Positions 63,886 to 64,000 of a DNA stretch of 64,000 bases are shown here, in pieces. How positions within the stretch are numbered: the first letter of the stretch is position 1; every line of letters starts with the position of its first letter. Below the pieces are notes generated by a model, which worked only from the letters and a program-made list of their open reading frames with translations, did not search any database and was not told where the DNA came from. Position numbers and translations under genes: made by a program. This DNA is from Callorhinchus milii (Eukaryota). Location of the stretch: NCBI RefSeq assembly GCF_018977255.1, contig NW_024704742.1:42906001-42970000 (forward strand), given 5' to 3'.

Positions 63886-64000
63886 CTGTTATAAAGAGAA
63901 CAATTAATTACATATTTATTTATCGTGCAGAATACAGCAGTGTAACTAACTCTTTTAAATTGTTAGAAAAATTCACCACAACATACAACCTAATAATATA

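Overview
Vertebrate genomic DNA, most likely from a cartilaginous fish. The SINE, L2, CR1 and Penelope-like repeats and the compact introns suggest a holocephalan such as elephant shark (inference). The right half (35315-63885, minus strand) carries the last 13 coding exons of the adhesion GPCR ADGRA3/GPR125, covering the Ig, HRM, GAIN/GPS and 7TM domains and a C-tail ending in the PDZ motif ETTV. All junctions are GT-AG with consistent phases, giving about 1090 codons in the window; the LRR-encoding 5' exons lie beyond the right edge. The left ~34 kb has no recognisable gene and is dense in L2, CR1, tRNA-derived SINEs and an unrecognised ~0.9-kb poly(A)-tailed repeat. Most notable observations: (1) two short Penelope-type elements with hammerhead-ribozyme cores, one flanked by a clean 14-bp TSD; (2) Asn in place of the GPS nucleophile (SL-N); (3) a candidate intronic-polyadenylation secreted ADGRA3 isoform; (4) a CR1 fragment flanked by a ~245-bp direct repeat; (5) a decayed 28S rRNA fragment; (6) a 61-bp near-perfect intronic palindrome. 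Repeat boundaries are approximate; exon boundaries were read base by base.
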